Assembly: GCA_035193785.1 (NCBI GenBank)
Contig: CP136572.1
Span: 3,412,578 to 3,476,577, forward strand
Origin: Planktothrix sp. GU0601_MAG3
Lineage (GTDB): Bacteria; Cyanobacteriota; Cyanobacteriia; Cyanobacteriales; Microcoleaceae
Direction: 5' to 3'
Length of the DNA: 64,000 nucleotides
Shown: piece after piece, positions 9,478 through 21,182 of the stretch
How positions within the stretch are numbered: the first letter of the stretch is position 1
Layout: each line of letters begins with the position of its first letter
The notes under the pieces: generated by a model
What the model saw: only the letters and a program-made list of their open reading frames with translations
The model's database searches: none
What the model was told of the DNA's origin: nothing
Program-made: the position numbers and the translations under genes

Positions 9478-11683
9478 CTAAACCTCCTTGAATACCGCTA
9501 CTAAAGATTTGTTTAATAATAATATAGGATTTTGAATCAAGATTTGATTGATCCGAATCAGTATTAGAAAAGCTAAAAGTTAATTGACCTGATAATTCAA
9601 TCTTGTTTTCATTTTGATCCGGGGGTAAATCTGGATATTCACTAATAGATATTTTCTGAGTAACTTCAGCATTCGGTTGAATGGTAATATCTAAGATTTT
9701 TCCCGTTTTAAAATCACTTAACTCATTAATGTATAAACAAAGATTAGTCAAGGATACTGGATTATGATTATGAATCGTAATCGTCAATTCTCCTGGTCGT
9801 TTTGCATTCCCTTCTCCGCTACAAGTTACTATCACTGGATAAGGTTGTAAAGATTGACTTAAAACAGAAAATCCAATCACAACTTCTTCGGGAAATAGTC
9901 CACCATGAGAACCAATAATTTGCTTATCTTTTGTATAATTAAATGCGCTAATACAGTCGGAATTTCTGACAATACTAATATCGTGAGGAAGTCCAAAACG
10001 TCTAGCGTTAAGAACAATAAAACGAGAATCATCTGTTTTCCCAATCGCCATTCTACCTTTTGATTCTAATTCTTCTGGACAATCAGATAATTTTTGCACC
10101 TCTCCCATGATTTGACCATGATCACTAGAGATAACAACTTTTAATTTTTTAGAATTAGGACAGTGCTCTAAAAAATGTTGAATATTTCTAGCAATTCCTT
10201 CTAAACGACTGATTCTTTCTACTTTATATAAAGTTTTCCAATCTTTTTCTTGATGATAAAGTTCATCTAATTGATCTGTATCCCAACAATAAATCCGATA
10301 TTTATTCTCTTTTAAATCTGGGATTAATTCATGTTTATTCTGATCAGTATAACGGTTTCCTGATTTTACCATAGAAAAACCGGATTTAGCGTTAGGTTTC
10401 CAAGATGAATTTTCTGGTAAAAGTTGAGAATAAAGACTCCATTTTGCATATTCAGTTTTGGTGGGAAGGATACTAAAGTAAGGGGTGATATCTGTTTCCA
10501 GTGATAGTTGATTATTTTGGGTCAAAATTGCAACTAATTCTTGATGATCTAACCATCCTAAACCATCAACAACTACCCAAATCACAATACTTTCCTGTGC
10601 TAATTTTAGCAATTGAGAAGTCCCATGATAATTTAAAAATGACTTGTCAACATTATCTGTTTTTAATTCGGGGTAGTTTTTTAGTATCCAGTTAACAAAA
10701 TTATCTGCTAATTGTTGACTAATTTGTTCTTCCTTGGGAGTAGGATTAATTGTTGTTTCCCAACGTCTAAAGGGTAAATAAGATTGTGTTACCCATTCTA
10801 AAGCATCTTGAGGACTCGCATCAATAGACAAGGGTAAAGGTTGAATAGGAGGTAATTTTTGCTGTAGTTGGGATGTTTTTTGATTTCCTAAATAGGAACT
10901 AATTTTATTAATTCTTTCTGGAGTGATCCAGATGGTTTTGTCCAATAAACTATCATAGGCGATGGAAGCTATTATCTGATTACCAGTTTGTTGATATAAT
11001 ATTAACTCATCTAAAATTTTAGCTTCTGTTTGATAAATTTTTTGTTCCCAAAAATCACTAAATTCCTTCAAATAAACATCAGGAATATTTAAGGGGTATT
11101 TCCCTAATATATTAATAATATCAAGATCCGAACCTAAACCCAACCAATTTATTAAAACTTGATGCTTATTTTCGCTTTGATAATAACTGATAAAATTATC
11201 ATTGTCATGGTTTTGACTAATTTTATATTTCCAAAAATCTTCAAATATTTGATAGTCTTGCTGAACTTCAATACCTAACCATTGTGCTAAATGTTCTACT
11301 GACAAATTATCAGTTAACCAAAAATTTTCTTCCGTATTCGTTACATCAGCTAATAAAGATTCAATAGGATGATTTGAAGCATAACTATCAAGCTGAATAA
11401 TATTTTTCAAAATATGTTGATCATCCCAATTATTAGGGATAGATAAAGGCGCAAAAATAGCTTTTAATTGTGGACGGGGATCTTGTTTTATCTCAACAAT
11501 TAAATCGGATTTCTTCCATACTCTTAACCATTCTTCTGTCCAATTACAGAGTCTTTTCCCTTTAATCCAATAAGCAGAAGATTCAAGCGTAAAAGATTGT
11601 AACCACTCCACTTCGTTAGTAATAACCAGATAGTCAGTAAGTGGTTGATATAATCCCGTAGGGTCTAAGATAATTTTATTCAT
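9464..11683 (-). CDS. pglZ: PglZ-domain alkaline-phosphatase-fold protein
   Basis: VVVDGLGW, ILPTKTEYAK, ISSDHG, SHGGLFPEEVVI motifs. Confidence 0.88.
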   Translation of the reverse strand: MNKIILDPTGLYQPLTDYLVITNEVEWLQSFTLESSAYWIKGKRLCNWTEEWLRVWKKSDLIVEIKQDPRPQLKAIFAPLSIPNNWDDQHILKNIIQLDSYASNHPIESLLADVTNTEENFWLTDNLSVEHLAQWLGIEVQQDYQIFEDFWKYKISQNHDNDNFISYYQSENKHQVLINWLGLGSDLDIINILGKYPLNIPDVYLKEFSDFWEQKIYQTEAKILDELILYQQTGNQIIASIAYDSLLDKTIWITPERINKISSYLGNQKTSQLQQKLPPIQPLPLSIDASPQDALEWVTQSYLPFRRWETTINPTPKEEQISQQLADNFVNWILKNYPELKTDNVDKSFLNYHGTSQLLKLAQESIVIWVVVDGLGWLDHQELVAILTQNNQLSLETDITPYFSILPTKTEYAKWSLYSQLLPENSSWKPNAKSGFSMVKSGNRYTDQNKHELIPDLKENKYRIYCWDTDQLDELYHQEKDWKTLYKVERISRLEGIARNIQHFLEHCPNSKKLKVVISSDHGQIMGEVQKLSDCPEELESKGRMAIGKTDDSRFIVLNARRFGLPHDISIVRNSDCISAFNYTKDKQIIGSHGGLFPEEVVIGFSVLSQSLQPYPVIVTCSGEGNAKRPGELTITIHNHNPVSLTNLCLYINELSDFKTGKILDITIQPNAEVTQKISISEYPDLPPDQNENKIELSGQLTFSFSNTDSDQSNLDSKSYIIIKQIFSSGIQGGLDDFF

Positions 11684-14600
11684 TAATTTCCTCCTCTTTA
11701 GATAAATATTCTCCTAATTTAGAATATAAAATTTGTTGTCTTTCAGGGGGAAGTTGTGTAAATAAAGCGATAATTTGACTCTCCTGACTTTCATTTTTTT
11801 GATCTATAGATCGATTTTTAATGACTTCTAATAACTGTTGATAATCAGAATAATCATCAGAGTCTTTAAAAATCAAGTCTAATTTAGCTAAGTCGGTTTG
11901 AAGTTGACTTAACTGTTGATCTGTTTCTATTTTATCAACTTGCTCTTTTAAGTTTTCAAATTGTTGTTGAAAATCAAAAACTTGATTATTAAGATCATTA
12001 ATTAATTGTTCGATTTCCGTATTAAATCTTTCAGGATAGTTAAGCTGAGAGCGTAAATTAGTGATTTTTTCAATTCCTTGTTGACATAAATTGATAGTAT
12101 TTAAAAATTTAGGATTATTTTGGCGTAACTGTTGCATAATTTCAGTATCTTGTTGTTGTTTTATTTTTTCAGGTTTCTTCTTGATTTTCAACTTCTAAAA
12201 TAATTGGCTCTAATTTATCTAATATTTGTTTAACTTTTTGAGCAGATTCAATTTGAGTAAAACGATTTTTTTGCTCACTGACTTCTTGCGACAATTTAAG
12301 AGCTTCATTTTTAGTTATCCCTGTTAATCTTTCTGACCAAATTTTAAGAGTTTTTTCTAAATCAGTTTGTTTACTTTCAATATCTTGAATGATTGTTTGA
12401 TACTGAGATTCTTGTTTAACAATTTCAAGATTATTAGTTAAGTTTTCAATTTCACTCACTGCTTTAATATAATCCTCTTGACTCGCATTTATACTCAGAG
12501 ATTTATAACGAAGGTTGATTTTTTCCAAACAGTCTTCGATTTCAGTTTGATGTTCAATTTCATCTAGTTTTCTTGTAGCAACATTCAGAGAATAATTTAA
12601 GGTTTCAATTAAACGTGGGGGTAAAGAAGAAACTTGAGTAATTTTCTCAATTGCTGTTTCAAGTTGTCCTTGATAACGTCCATATTCTTGCTGCGTTTTT
12701 AGAGATTCTGATTTGTCAGTTAATTGTATAACTGTGTCTTCAATTTTATCTTGAACCTTTTGTAAAGCAACGTCAAGCTGATGCTTTTGTTGAGAAGTAC
12801 GATTAACAACAATACTATCTGATTTAAGGGGTGACGCGAGATTAATATTTTTGGGTTGTTGTTGAAGACTAGGATAAAGTTTTAGTAAGGTTTCCAGGTT
12901 GACATCATCGAGTAAGTTTTCTGCTTCTTCTACGGGTTGAAACCAATCATTAATTTTTTTGATTTCATCTGAAAGCTGTTTTCTTTTCAGTTTAATTTCT
13001 TCTACTTTTGCTGGATCTGGATCAGCAGAATTGATAAATTGATCAATCTCTTTGATCAGCTTTTCTGCTTGATGATAATCAATTGTTACTGGTATTTCAG
13101 GACAAGCAACAGTCTGACTCCGAATTAATCGAGGTGTTTTTCCAGGGGCTAAAATCCATTTATTAACAAAATTTTGGGCTGTTTCAAATACATTAGTTGT
13201 CGCCCAATCTTTTAGCAGTTTTTCTTGAATTAATACCTGATCTTTAGTATTTTTAGGAATTCCAAAACTTCCGTGTAATATGACTTCACTCCGATAATAA
13301 ACTATCCATGCGGTAAATAACATTGTAAATGTATATTCATTATAACCAAAGGGAGAATTAGATAACTCTTGCCAAATTTTATTGATATTAATATATATGC
13401 GTTTTTTATCTCCTAAAGCTGTTAATTGATCTATTTTATCCCATGCTTCTCTAACATTTTTATTAGTAGGAATTTGTACTGAATATTTTTGAGAAGTAGT
13501 TTTAAATAATCCCCAGCTATTAACAAATACTTGGTCAACCAAAGTATTATAGGATTTACTTTTAGGAAATTTAGTAGGATTAAGCTCGTCTTCTAGTAAT
13601 CGTTGAGCTATATAACCAATTATACTATTTCCTTTACTTTGAGGCTTTAAAGCCATTTTATCACAGCTACCCAGGGGAGGCACAAAAGGATAAAGTTGTT
13701 TTAAAAGATGACTAACAATACTCTCTGGATTTTGTTTTTGAGCATTAGTGAGTTGATCTAATTCAAAACAATAATAAGTAGAAGAACCAATTGTTGCTTT
13801 AACTTCTCTTTTGATTTTTTCTTGTAGTTGTTTTTTATATTGTCCATAAGCTGTTCCTGATTCTTGTTTTTCACTTCTTGCTTTTCTGGTAATAATATCT
13901 ATTGTCAACAGGTCTTTACAGATATCTCTAATAGGTTTATCGGGAATAGCAACAGCAATCTGTTTTTGATATTTTGATTGGGAAAGCAAATCATTAATTT
14001 GATGGCGAAGCTCTTGTAATTCTTCAAGAGTTTTCGCTAAAACGTAGGCAAAAATTCCTTTTCCTTCCAGGTTTTCTACCGCTTGATGACTATTTAATAC
14101 CCGTTTTAAATCAGGAATATTATAGAATTTATATTCAAAAAACCATTCATCATTGAGTAATTTATTTTTATTAATAAAATCTGTTCCTTCTATTTTTTGA
14201 GATGGAAAATAAGTTTCAACTTCTTCTTGACAATGATCAACTGCTAAACTTACCGAGATTTCATTGAGTTTTTTATTAGCTTCTTCTTCTATTTCTTGAA
14301 TAATTTCTAGTAAATTGCTCCCTGAATAAAACCGATAAGTATTATCCCCAGCATTGGGATAAATGACTTGTTTTTTCTGAGATAATATATCTAATGTTTC
14401 TTTAGTTTCTTTTTCCGATAAACCCGTTAATTCACTAAGGATGACATCATGTTTTTCTGATTCGGATTTGTTGAGTTTATTTTGACTTACATAAAATAAT
14501 AAAAGTCCTTTTAAAACGGCTTTCTCAGCCTCCGTAGCTGAGGAAGCAATAGTATCATAGGCTTTTTGATATTCTGAATAAGGGCGAGAAAATTCTAGTT

Positions 14601-15995
14601 GTTCAAAAAAACCGATTAAGGAAATAGCCGGAATATAGTTTAATTTGCCATTTTTTTCAACGGGTTGAGAATTAATAAACTGTTTAACATTTTCTTTAAT
14701 ATATTGAATTACTGTACGTCCTTGAGTGAAATCTAAGTTACAAAGCAGGTAACTGTTGAGGGGATGAAGGGGAAAACAACCGCGGGTCAAATTGGTTTGA
14801 AAATCTTGTAATTTCCAGCCCCTTTCACGATAAATATTAATTCTGGTTTCATGGGCTTTTCTACTATCTCCCAAAAGAGTATTATCCCAGGTTTGACAAA
14901 ATTGGTTCCATAAATTAGGATTAACTTGTTTATCTAATAATCCTTTAATTACTAACTCCAAGCTGGAAACGGGTTTCATAAGTGCTTTCAGAAATTTCTA
15001 ACCGAGATGCTAATTTCTTGTAGTCTTCTATAGATTGATTGGGGGCTGATTTTAAAGGGCGAATTTGGGTAAAACAAACTAAGGCAATTTTGCTTTTATG
15101 ATTCTCACAAATATTTGTAATACTTTGTAAACACGCACCCCCAGCATTGACTGAATCTGTCGCCCAAGATTTAAGATAATAATTGAGTTCATCAAATAAA
15201 ATCAAAATTCCTGAATATTTTGTATCGGCTCCAGAGCATAATTTATCAATTAATTCTTCCAAGATTTTTTCAACACTTAAATCTGTCTCAAAATCAATAG
15301 GAAATCCATTATTTAGCTCACCGCTAATTGATTTTACTGTATAAATAACTCGATAATTATCTTGATTTAATTCCTTGATTATACTATCTAAATCTCCGAA
15401 TTTATGATCGTTATTTTCTAAATATTGATTAGCTCTTTCTTTTTGAATGTCTGTTAGTTGGGTTAAATATTCAAGGGGTTTTTGACACATTTGTGGTGCT
15501 AAACAATCCGTAATCCCTTCTGTATCTAAAGTTTGTCGAAGCGATCGCAAAAATATTTGTTTCAAGTCTAAGCCATCATCTCCACTAATACAAATAACTA
15601 AATGTTGAGGATTACGTCTTTTGTAGGTTGTTAAATCTTCTACTATTCCTTGATTATGTTCTGAGGCGATTTTGATTTGATCTAATATTCCTTCAACTTC
15701 GGGACTGTCGAATAATTGTTTAAAATAGTTGGCTGCAACTAAGGCAAAATGAGATTTTCCCTTACCATAATCTTGGACAACTAAATGAATATTAGCTTGA
15801 TTAACACTCTGATAACTTTTTTGAATGGCATCGAGAACACCTAATGTTGAGGATTTAGGAGAAACCATGATTGTAATTAAAAACAAATCCTCGACACAAC
15901 TGTAAGTTTTTATCAGCATCAGCCATCATCCCAAAGTTAACGGCGTTAGCTACAATTCCCGATTCATTGATCCTAACAATTTGATGGAGTTGCAC
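11676..15995 (-). CDS. brxC: Large BrxC/PglY-like P-loop ATPase, about 1438 aa, with C-terminal coiled coil (+1 indels at 15861, 14973, 12173)
   Basis: YGKGKSHF Walker A, ILILFDELNYYL Walker B, CFPLHP motif; four segments join in frame. Confidence 0.8.
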
Positions 15996-16060
15996 GGTTT
16001 TAAAGTCCTGGTTATGGGTGTGTTTAGTTGGGTTGTTGGGCTTTAGCCTTCCTATTTAAG

Positions 16061-16510
16061 TTAATTAGGGCGGTGAGTAACAACGGATTGAAGATGTCTT
16101 TTATTCCAATTTGGCGGACTAAGTTTAGAAGGCAGTAGAATCCATAAGATACTTTGTAAATGTCTCATATATTCTAATTTTTGCCAAAATAAACTAATCG
16201 GAGCATCTGGCTGTGTGTAAAGATAGGTAATCAAGATATCAAGGTCTGTTAGTAATATAACAGGTTTTGTGGCAGATTCACAAATTTGTTTAATTGCTTC
16301 TAATTCTTGACCTAAATTTTGATGAAGAATTAAAAATTTGTGTTTGTTGTTAATCCGACTCAATAAATTATCCCGATAACTGATTTTTTGAGCATTATTG
16401 TTAAACAAAAGTTGATTGATTTCCAAATCATTCGGAGTATCCCACAATAACAAATGAGGTATATCCGTCGGTTTAGCATCTGCAAGAGATAGATGATTAA
16501 TGTTTGACAT
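16061..16510 (-). CDS. Small BrxB/BrxF-like protein (degenerate P-loop fold)
   Basis: PVILLTDLDILITYL...WILLP resembles the BrxF/BrxB Walker-B-like strand; lies between DUF4007 and brxC. Confidence 0.45.
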   Translation of the reverse strand: MSNINHLSLADAKPTDIPHLLLWDTPNDLEINQLLFNNNAQKISYRDNLLSRINNKHKFLILHQNLGQELEAIKQICESATKPVILLTDLDILITYLYTQPDAPISLFWQKLEYMRHLQSILWILLPSKLSPPNWNKRHLQSVVTHRPN

Positions 16511-17328
16511 AGGCTTTCTCTAATAACGTTAAAGGATTATCCCAGCGCCGGATAATTTGATAGGGTGCAACTGTTCGTCTTTGTTCAATAATTCCTAGAG
16601 CTTCTATCGCATTAAGATGTTGTTGTAATGATTCAGCTTGAAGGCTTAAAACGGGTAAAATCCCCATTTTTTGGTTGATAATATCCTCGGTTAAAACTGA
16701 AGTTTCTTGACCAAAATCCCGTTGCCAAAGTTTGGCTAGGAAGTAACCTATTAAATAAGAATTAGGAAGATTAGGATGTCCTGCTTCATATTTGTCGGCT
16801 TTAATTTCCTTGATAAATTGACAATTGGCTAGGGCTTGTTGTTCCGTATAAGCCCTTAAAACATATTTCATTCTTTCAGGAATTACTTTATCGGGTTTCT
16901 TCAAAGATAGAAATACTATTTTGACCTAAAATATCTTTAGTAAAAGTTGGGTTTTCGGGAAGAAAAGTATAAACAAAATAAGTCCAGCCTCCCCAATCCG
17001 CAGGATTTTCTGGTATTTTATTTAAGCCTTGATTCCCAAAACTCAAGTAAAAGTGCATTAACCAATCAGTAATAATTGATTGTAAATTAGGATCATGTTT
17101 TAAAACTATTTTTCCCTCTGGACTTAAATAGTTGTCTTTAATTAAACCTGCCCTAACTGACCAAGTTTTAATTTTGCCCACTTTGGCATTTCCTAAACCC
17201 GTTTTTGCCATTAGGTTTTGTAAGGTATCTTTTAAACCTTGGGTTTCTGAAGCCGCCTCCAGGATTCTCTTAATTTCTTCTTTTTTCAGGGAAAAATTAC
17301 CATTGAAATGTAGTTGTATTTTAGTCAT
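16497..17328 (-). CDS. DUF4007 family protein (SspB / BrxP-DUF4007-like), about 276 aa (+1 indel at 16895)
   Basis: F.GNFSL...GLGNAKVGKIKTWSVRAGL...LSPEG.I...DPNLQ...WLMHFYL matches the DUF4007 N-terminal pattern. Confidence 0.78.
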
Positions 17329-17513
17329 AGTTGATTATTTCCTTGTGCTGATATTGAGGATTTGGAGGAGTCATTATATTATTCATTCATTATAGTGAAA
17401 TCGACAACTTAAAATGATAATTTCAGTTTCGGTTATTTCACATTAATTTTAGTTTAGCATGATATTAACATAAAAGAATATTCTCAACTTTCCATTCAAT
17501 ACAGGGATATTCT

Positions 17514-18089
17514 CTAAAAAATAGATAAACTTAAACTAAACCCTGGTAATATCTCCTCCCCTGATAATTCCGTGGGAAGATTTCTCAATTCTACGGGTTT
17601 TTCAAGGCGATAAATTTCAACTTGTTGCTGTTGAGGATTAATTAACCAACCTAATTTTACGCCTGCATCTAAATATTCCCACATTTTCAAGCGCAGGGGT
17701 TCTAATTCATCCGTTGCTGACCTTAATTCTATGACAAAATCCGGGGCAATTGGGGGGAATTTCCGGCGCTGTTCGGGGGTGAGATTTTCCCAACGTTCTT
17801 TTTTAATCCAAGCAGCATCAGGAGAACGATCTGCACCATTGGGAAGTTTAAAAATAGTTGAAGAACTAAAAGTATAACCTAGTTGTGTTTGACGATTCCA
17901 GATTCCTAAATCTATGATAAATTCCGCTTCTCGATTTCCACTTTCTCCCCCGACCGGAGACATAATTGTTAATTCTCCTTGAGTATTTCTTTCAAATTTT
18001 AATTCTCGGTTATTTTGACAGAGTTGATAAAACTGTTCATCGCTAAGTTGAACCCTATCTAGGTTTAATATCACAGGACTAATAACCAT
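17514..18089 (-). CDS. Uma2 family (PD-(D/E)XK) endonuclease
   Basis: FERNTQGELTIMSP, RSPDAAW, APDFVIELRS, LGWLINP, LSGEEILPGF. Confidence 0.93.
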   Translation of the reverse strand: MVISPVILNLDRVQLSDEQFYQLCQNNRELKFERNTQGELTIMSPVGGESGNREAEFIIDLGIWNRQTQLGYTFSSSTIFKLPNGADRSPDAAWIKKERWENLTPEQRRKFPPIAPDFVIELRSATDELEPLRLKMWEYLDAGVKLGWLINPQQQQVEIYRLEKPVELRNLPTELSGEEILPGFSLSLSIF

Positions 18090-18262
18090 AATCTTAGTCT
18101 CACCAGTGCGATCGCTATTAATTATTATACTATTGGCTAGGAGAGGAGGAGATGATCGTTTTCACCCTCCTATACTTTTTCCCTGAGATTAAAAATCAAG
18201 AATATTCCCGCTTTTTGTTACAATATGTAAACAAACGCTTAAGTTAAAGGGCAGTCTAACAA

Positions 18263-19733
18263 ATGCGGGTTGCGATCGCAGGAGCAGGTTTAGCGGGCAT
18301 GGCTACGGCAATTGAGCTAGTGGATGCCGGACACGAAGTAGAAATTTTTGAATCCCGTCCCTTTGTCGGGGGTAAAGTCAGCAGTTGGATCGACCCCGAC
18401 GGCAACCATATTGAAATGGGGTTGCACGTCTTTTTTGGCTGCTACTATAACTTATTTGAACTAATGCGCAAGGTGGGGGCGATTGACAACCTCCGGTTAA
18501 AAGACCATACCCACGTTTTTATTAATACCGGGGGAAAAACCGGAAGTTTGGACTTTCGTTTCCTTACCGGAGCGCCCTTTCACGGGTTGAAAGCGTTTTT
18601 CACCACCTCCCAACTCTCGGTGATTGATAAATTGCAAAATGCGATCGCCTTGGGTACTAGCCCGATTGTCCGAGGGTTGGTAGACTTTGAAGGGGCGATG
18701 AGGACTATCCGTGAGTTAGATCGGGTGAGTTTTGCGGACTGGTTTCTCAGTCATGGGGGTTCTGAAGGTAGTCTAAAACGAATGTGGAAACCCGATTGCC
18801 TACGCCTTGGGATTTATTGATACTGAGAATATTTCCGCTCGGTGTATGTTAACGATTTTTCTATTTTTTGCTACCAAAACAGAGGCATCTATCTTGCGAA
18901 TGTTGGAGGGATCTCCGGCGGAATATTTGCATAAACCGATTGTCAATTATTTGGAACAAAGGGGTGTGAAAATTCATACCCGCCGTCGAGTTAGAGAAAT
19001 ACAATTTTCAGAAATAGAAGGTAAAACCTATGTGACGGGAATGGTAGTAGCAAAAGGGGAAACCGAGGAAACAATTCTCGCCGATACCTATGTTTTTGCT
19101 GGGGATGTTCCGGGGGTACAAAAAATGATTCCTGCGGCTTGGAGAAAATGGCCGGAATTTGACAATATTTATAAATTAGAAACTGTTCCCGTGGCAACGG
19201 TACAACTGCGGTTTGATGGTTGGGTGACGGAATTAAATGATCCCGAAAAACGTCAACAACTCAAAGAAGCGGCGGGAATTGATAATTTATTATATACGGC
19301 CGATGCGGATTTTTCCTGTTTTTCTGATTTGGCTTTATCGAGTCCGGCGGATTACTATAAAGAGGGACAAGGATCTTTATTGCAGTTAGTTTTAACCCCG
19401 GGTGATCCATTTATCAAACAAAATAATCAGGAAATTGCCCAACACGTTCTTAAACAAGTTCAGAATTTATTTCCCAGTTCCCGGGAACTGAATATGACCT
19501 GGTATAGTGTGGTTAAATTAGCCCAATCTTTGTATCGAGAATCCCCTGGAATGGACGCCTATCGTCCGGCTCAAAAAACTCCGGTTGCTAATTTCTTTTT
19601 AGCTGGAAGTTACACCCAGCAGGATTATATTGATAGCATGGAAGGGGCAACTATTTCGGGAAGACAAGCGGCTAAGGTTATATTAGAAACTCGCTTGAAC
19701 GATCTCAAACCTGCTTCAGTCGTTGCTGGATAA
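18263..19733 (+). CDS. zds: 9,9'-di-cis-zeta-carotene desaturase (+1 indel at 18787)
   Basis: [38 protein letters not shown]. Confidence 0.95.
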
Positions 19734-19859
19734 TTCAGGATTTGATCTTAATAATTAGTTTAAAACCTATGGTTTTAGCTAATTATTATTCAGAATTCCT
19801 ATCCCAGTAGGAGCGTCCTCGAACACTTGCCCAAACCGATAGAATTTAATCATTTTTTG

Positions 19860-19898
19860 CCTATTCCCTATTCCCTATTCCCTATTCCCTATTCCCTA
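19860..19898. repeat. (CCTATTC)n heptamer repeat
   Basis: Reverse complement of the GGGAATA STRR unit. Confidence 0.9.
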
Positions 19899-19915
19899 AA
19901 ATCTTTGTAAATATT

Positions 19916-20371
19916 ATGGCTGATTGGTTAGAACATAGTGTCCAGGTTGAAGTTCCGGTTCCCATTGATGTCTCTTGGGATTTATGGTCGGATTTAGAAC
20001 ATATGCCCCGTTGGATGAAATGGATTGATTCGGTAAAAATTTTAGAGGATAATCCTGATTTGTCTCGTTGGAAATTAGCAACGGGGAGTTTTGAATTTAG
20101 TTGGTTATCGCGGATTTTAAAACAAATTCCCAATCAAATTATTCAATGGGAATCAGTAGATGGTTTACCGAATCGGGGGGCAATTAGGTTTTATGACCGC
20201 CATGGAAGTAGTATTGTGAAATTAACAATTTCCTACGCTATCCCCGGGATTTTAGGACAATTGATGGATAATTTATTTTTGGGTAGGGTAGTGGAGTCAA
20301 CTATTCAAAAAGATTTAGAACGATTTAGAGATTATGCCATAGAATTCTATAGTAGTAGTTCTTTAAATTAA
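19916..20371 (+). CDS. SRPBCC (polyketide cyclase/dehydrase) family protein
   Basis: WLEHSVQVEV...WSDLE.MPRWM...GLPNRGAIRF; typical zds neighbour. Confidence 0.88.
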   Translation: MADWLEHSVQVEVPVPIDVSWDLWSDLEHMPRWMKWIDSVKILEDNPDLSRWKLATGSFEFSWLSRILKQIPNQIIQWESVDGLPNRGAIRFYDRHGSSIVKLTISYAIPGILGQLMDNLFLGRVVESTIQKDLERFRDYAIEFYSSSSLN

Positions 20372-20426
20372 CATCCGTTAAAATCTTTAATCCGTGAAAT
20401 CTCTTTAATCCGTTAAAATCCGTGTT

Positions 20427-20865
20427 ATGAATTTACCCTCGTTTTTATGGTTATGGAAAATTGCGGCTTGGTCGATGGGATTTTCTATCTTCGCCTATGT
20501 ATTGTTAGCGATCACAGGAGGCTGGATGCTATATTCTCGCACAAGGAAACAACCCCTAACTAACGGACTCAGAACTTTTCATTACCTCATCGGTGGGGGG
20601 ATGGTGGGTTTAGTCTTAATTTTATTAACCGTTGGTTTAGTGGGAAACCCTTGGATATTACGGGAGTTTAGGACATTCAATTCATCTAGCCGCCGGATTA
20701 ATTGTGGTAAGTTTAGTATTGGGAACGGCTGGGGTTGCTACCCAAATTAATCCTAAAAATCCCTGGGCGCGTCCCCTTCATCTTAGCCTAAATATGGGTT
20801 TATTTTTTGCTTTTACTGCGGTTTCTTTATCCGGGTGGGCAATTGTCCAGAAATATTTACCTTGA
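20427..20865 (+). CDS. DUF4079-like membrane protein (+1 indel at 20644)
   Basis: MNLPSFLWLWKIAAWSMG...GLVGTLGYYGSLGHS...WARPLHL. Confidence 0.75.
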
Positions 20866-21182
20866 TGTAATTATTAATACAAAATCTGGTGATCAATAGA
20901 TTAAAATTGTAGTCTTTCAACACAACTCAATCAAATCAGGAGTAAAATACTATTCTTAACCTTGACCTCTGTTTAGACCGTCAATAAACTATCTCTACGA
21001 ACTTCAAAAAGCAGGATAGAATAAGGATAGAATTGATAGAAGTGGGATTCCCATTTAGCAATGGCAAGGATTGTAACTGCCCATTGGGTAAATCTGGTGG
21101 TTGTACAGAATCATTATTTTGAGGGAATGGGTGCCAATACAATCTAGTTCACTGCCAAATAGCACGTTTAAGGTCACACGCC

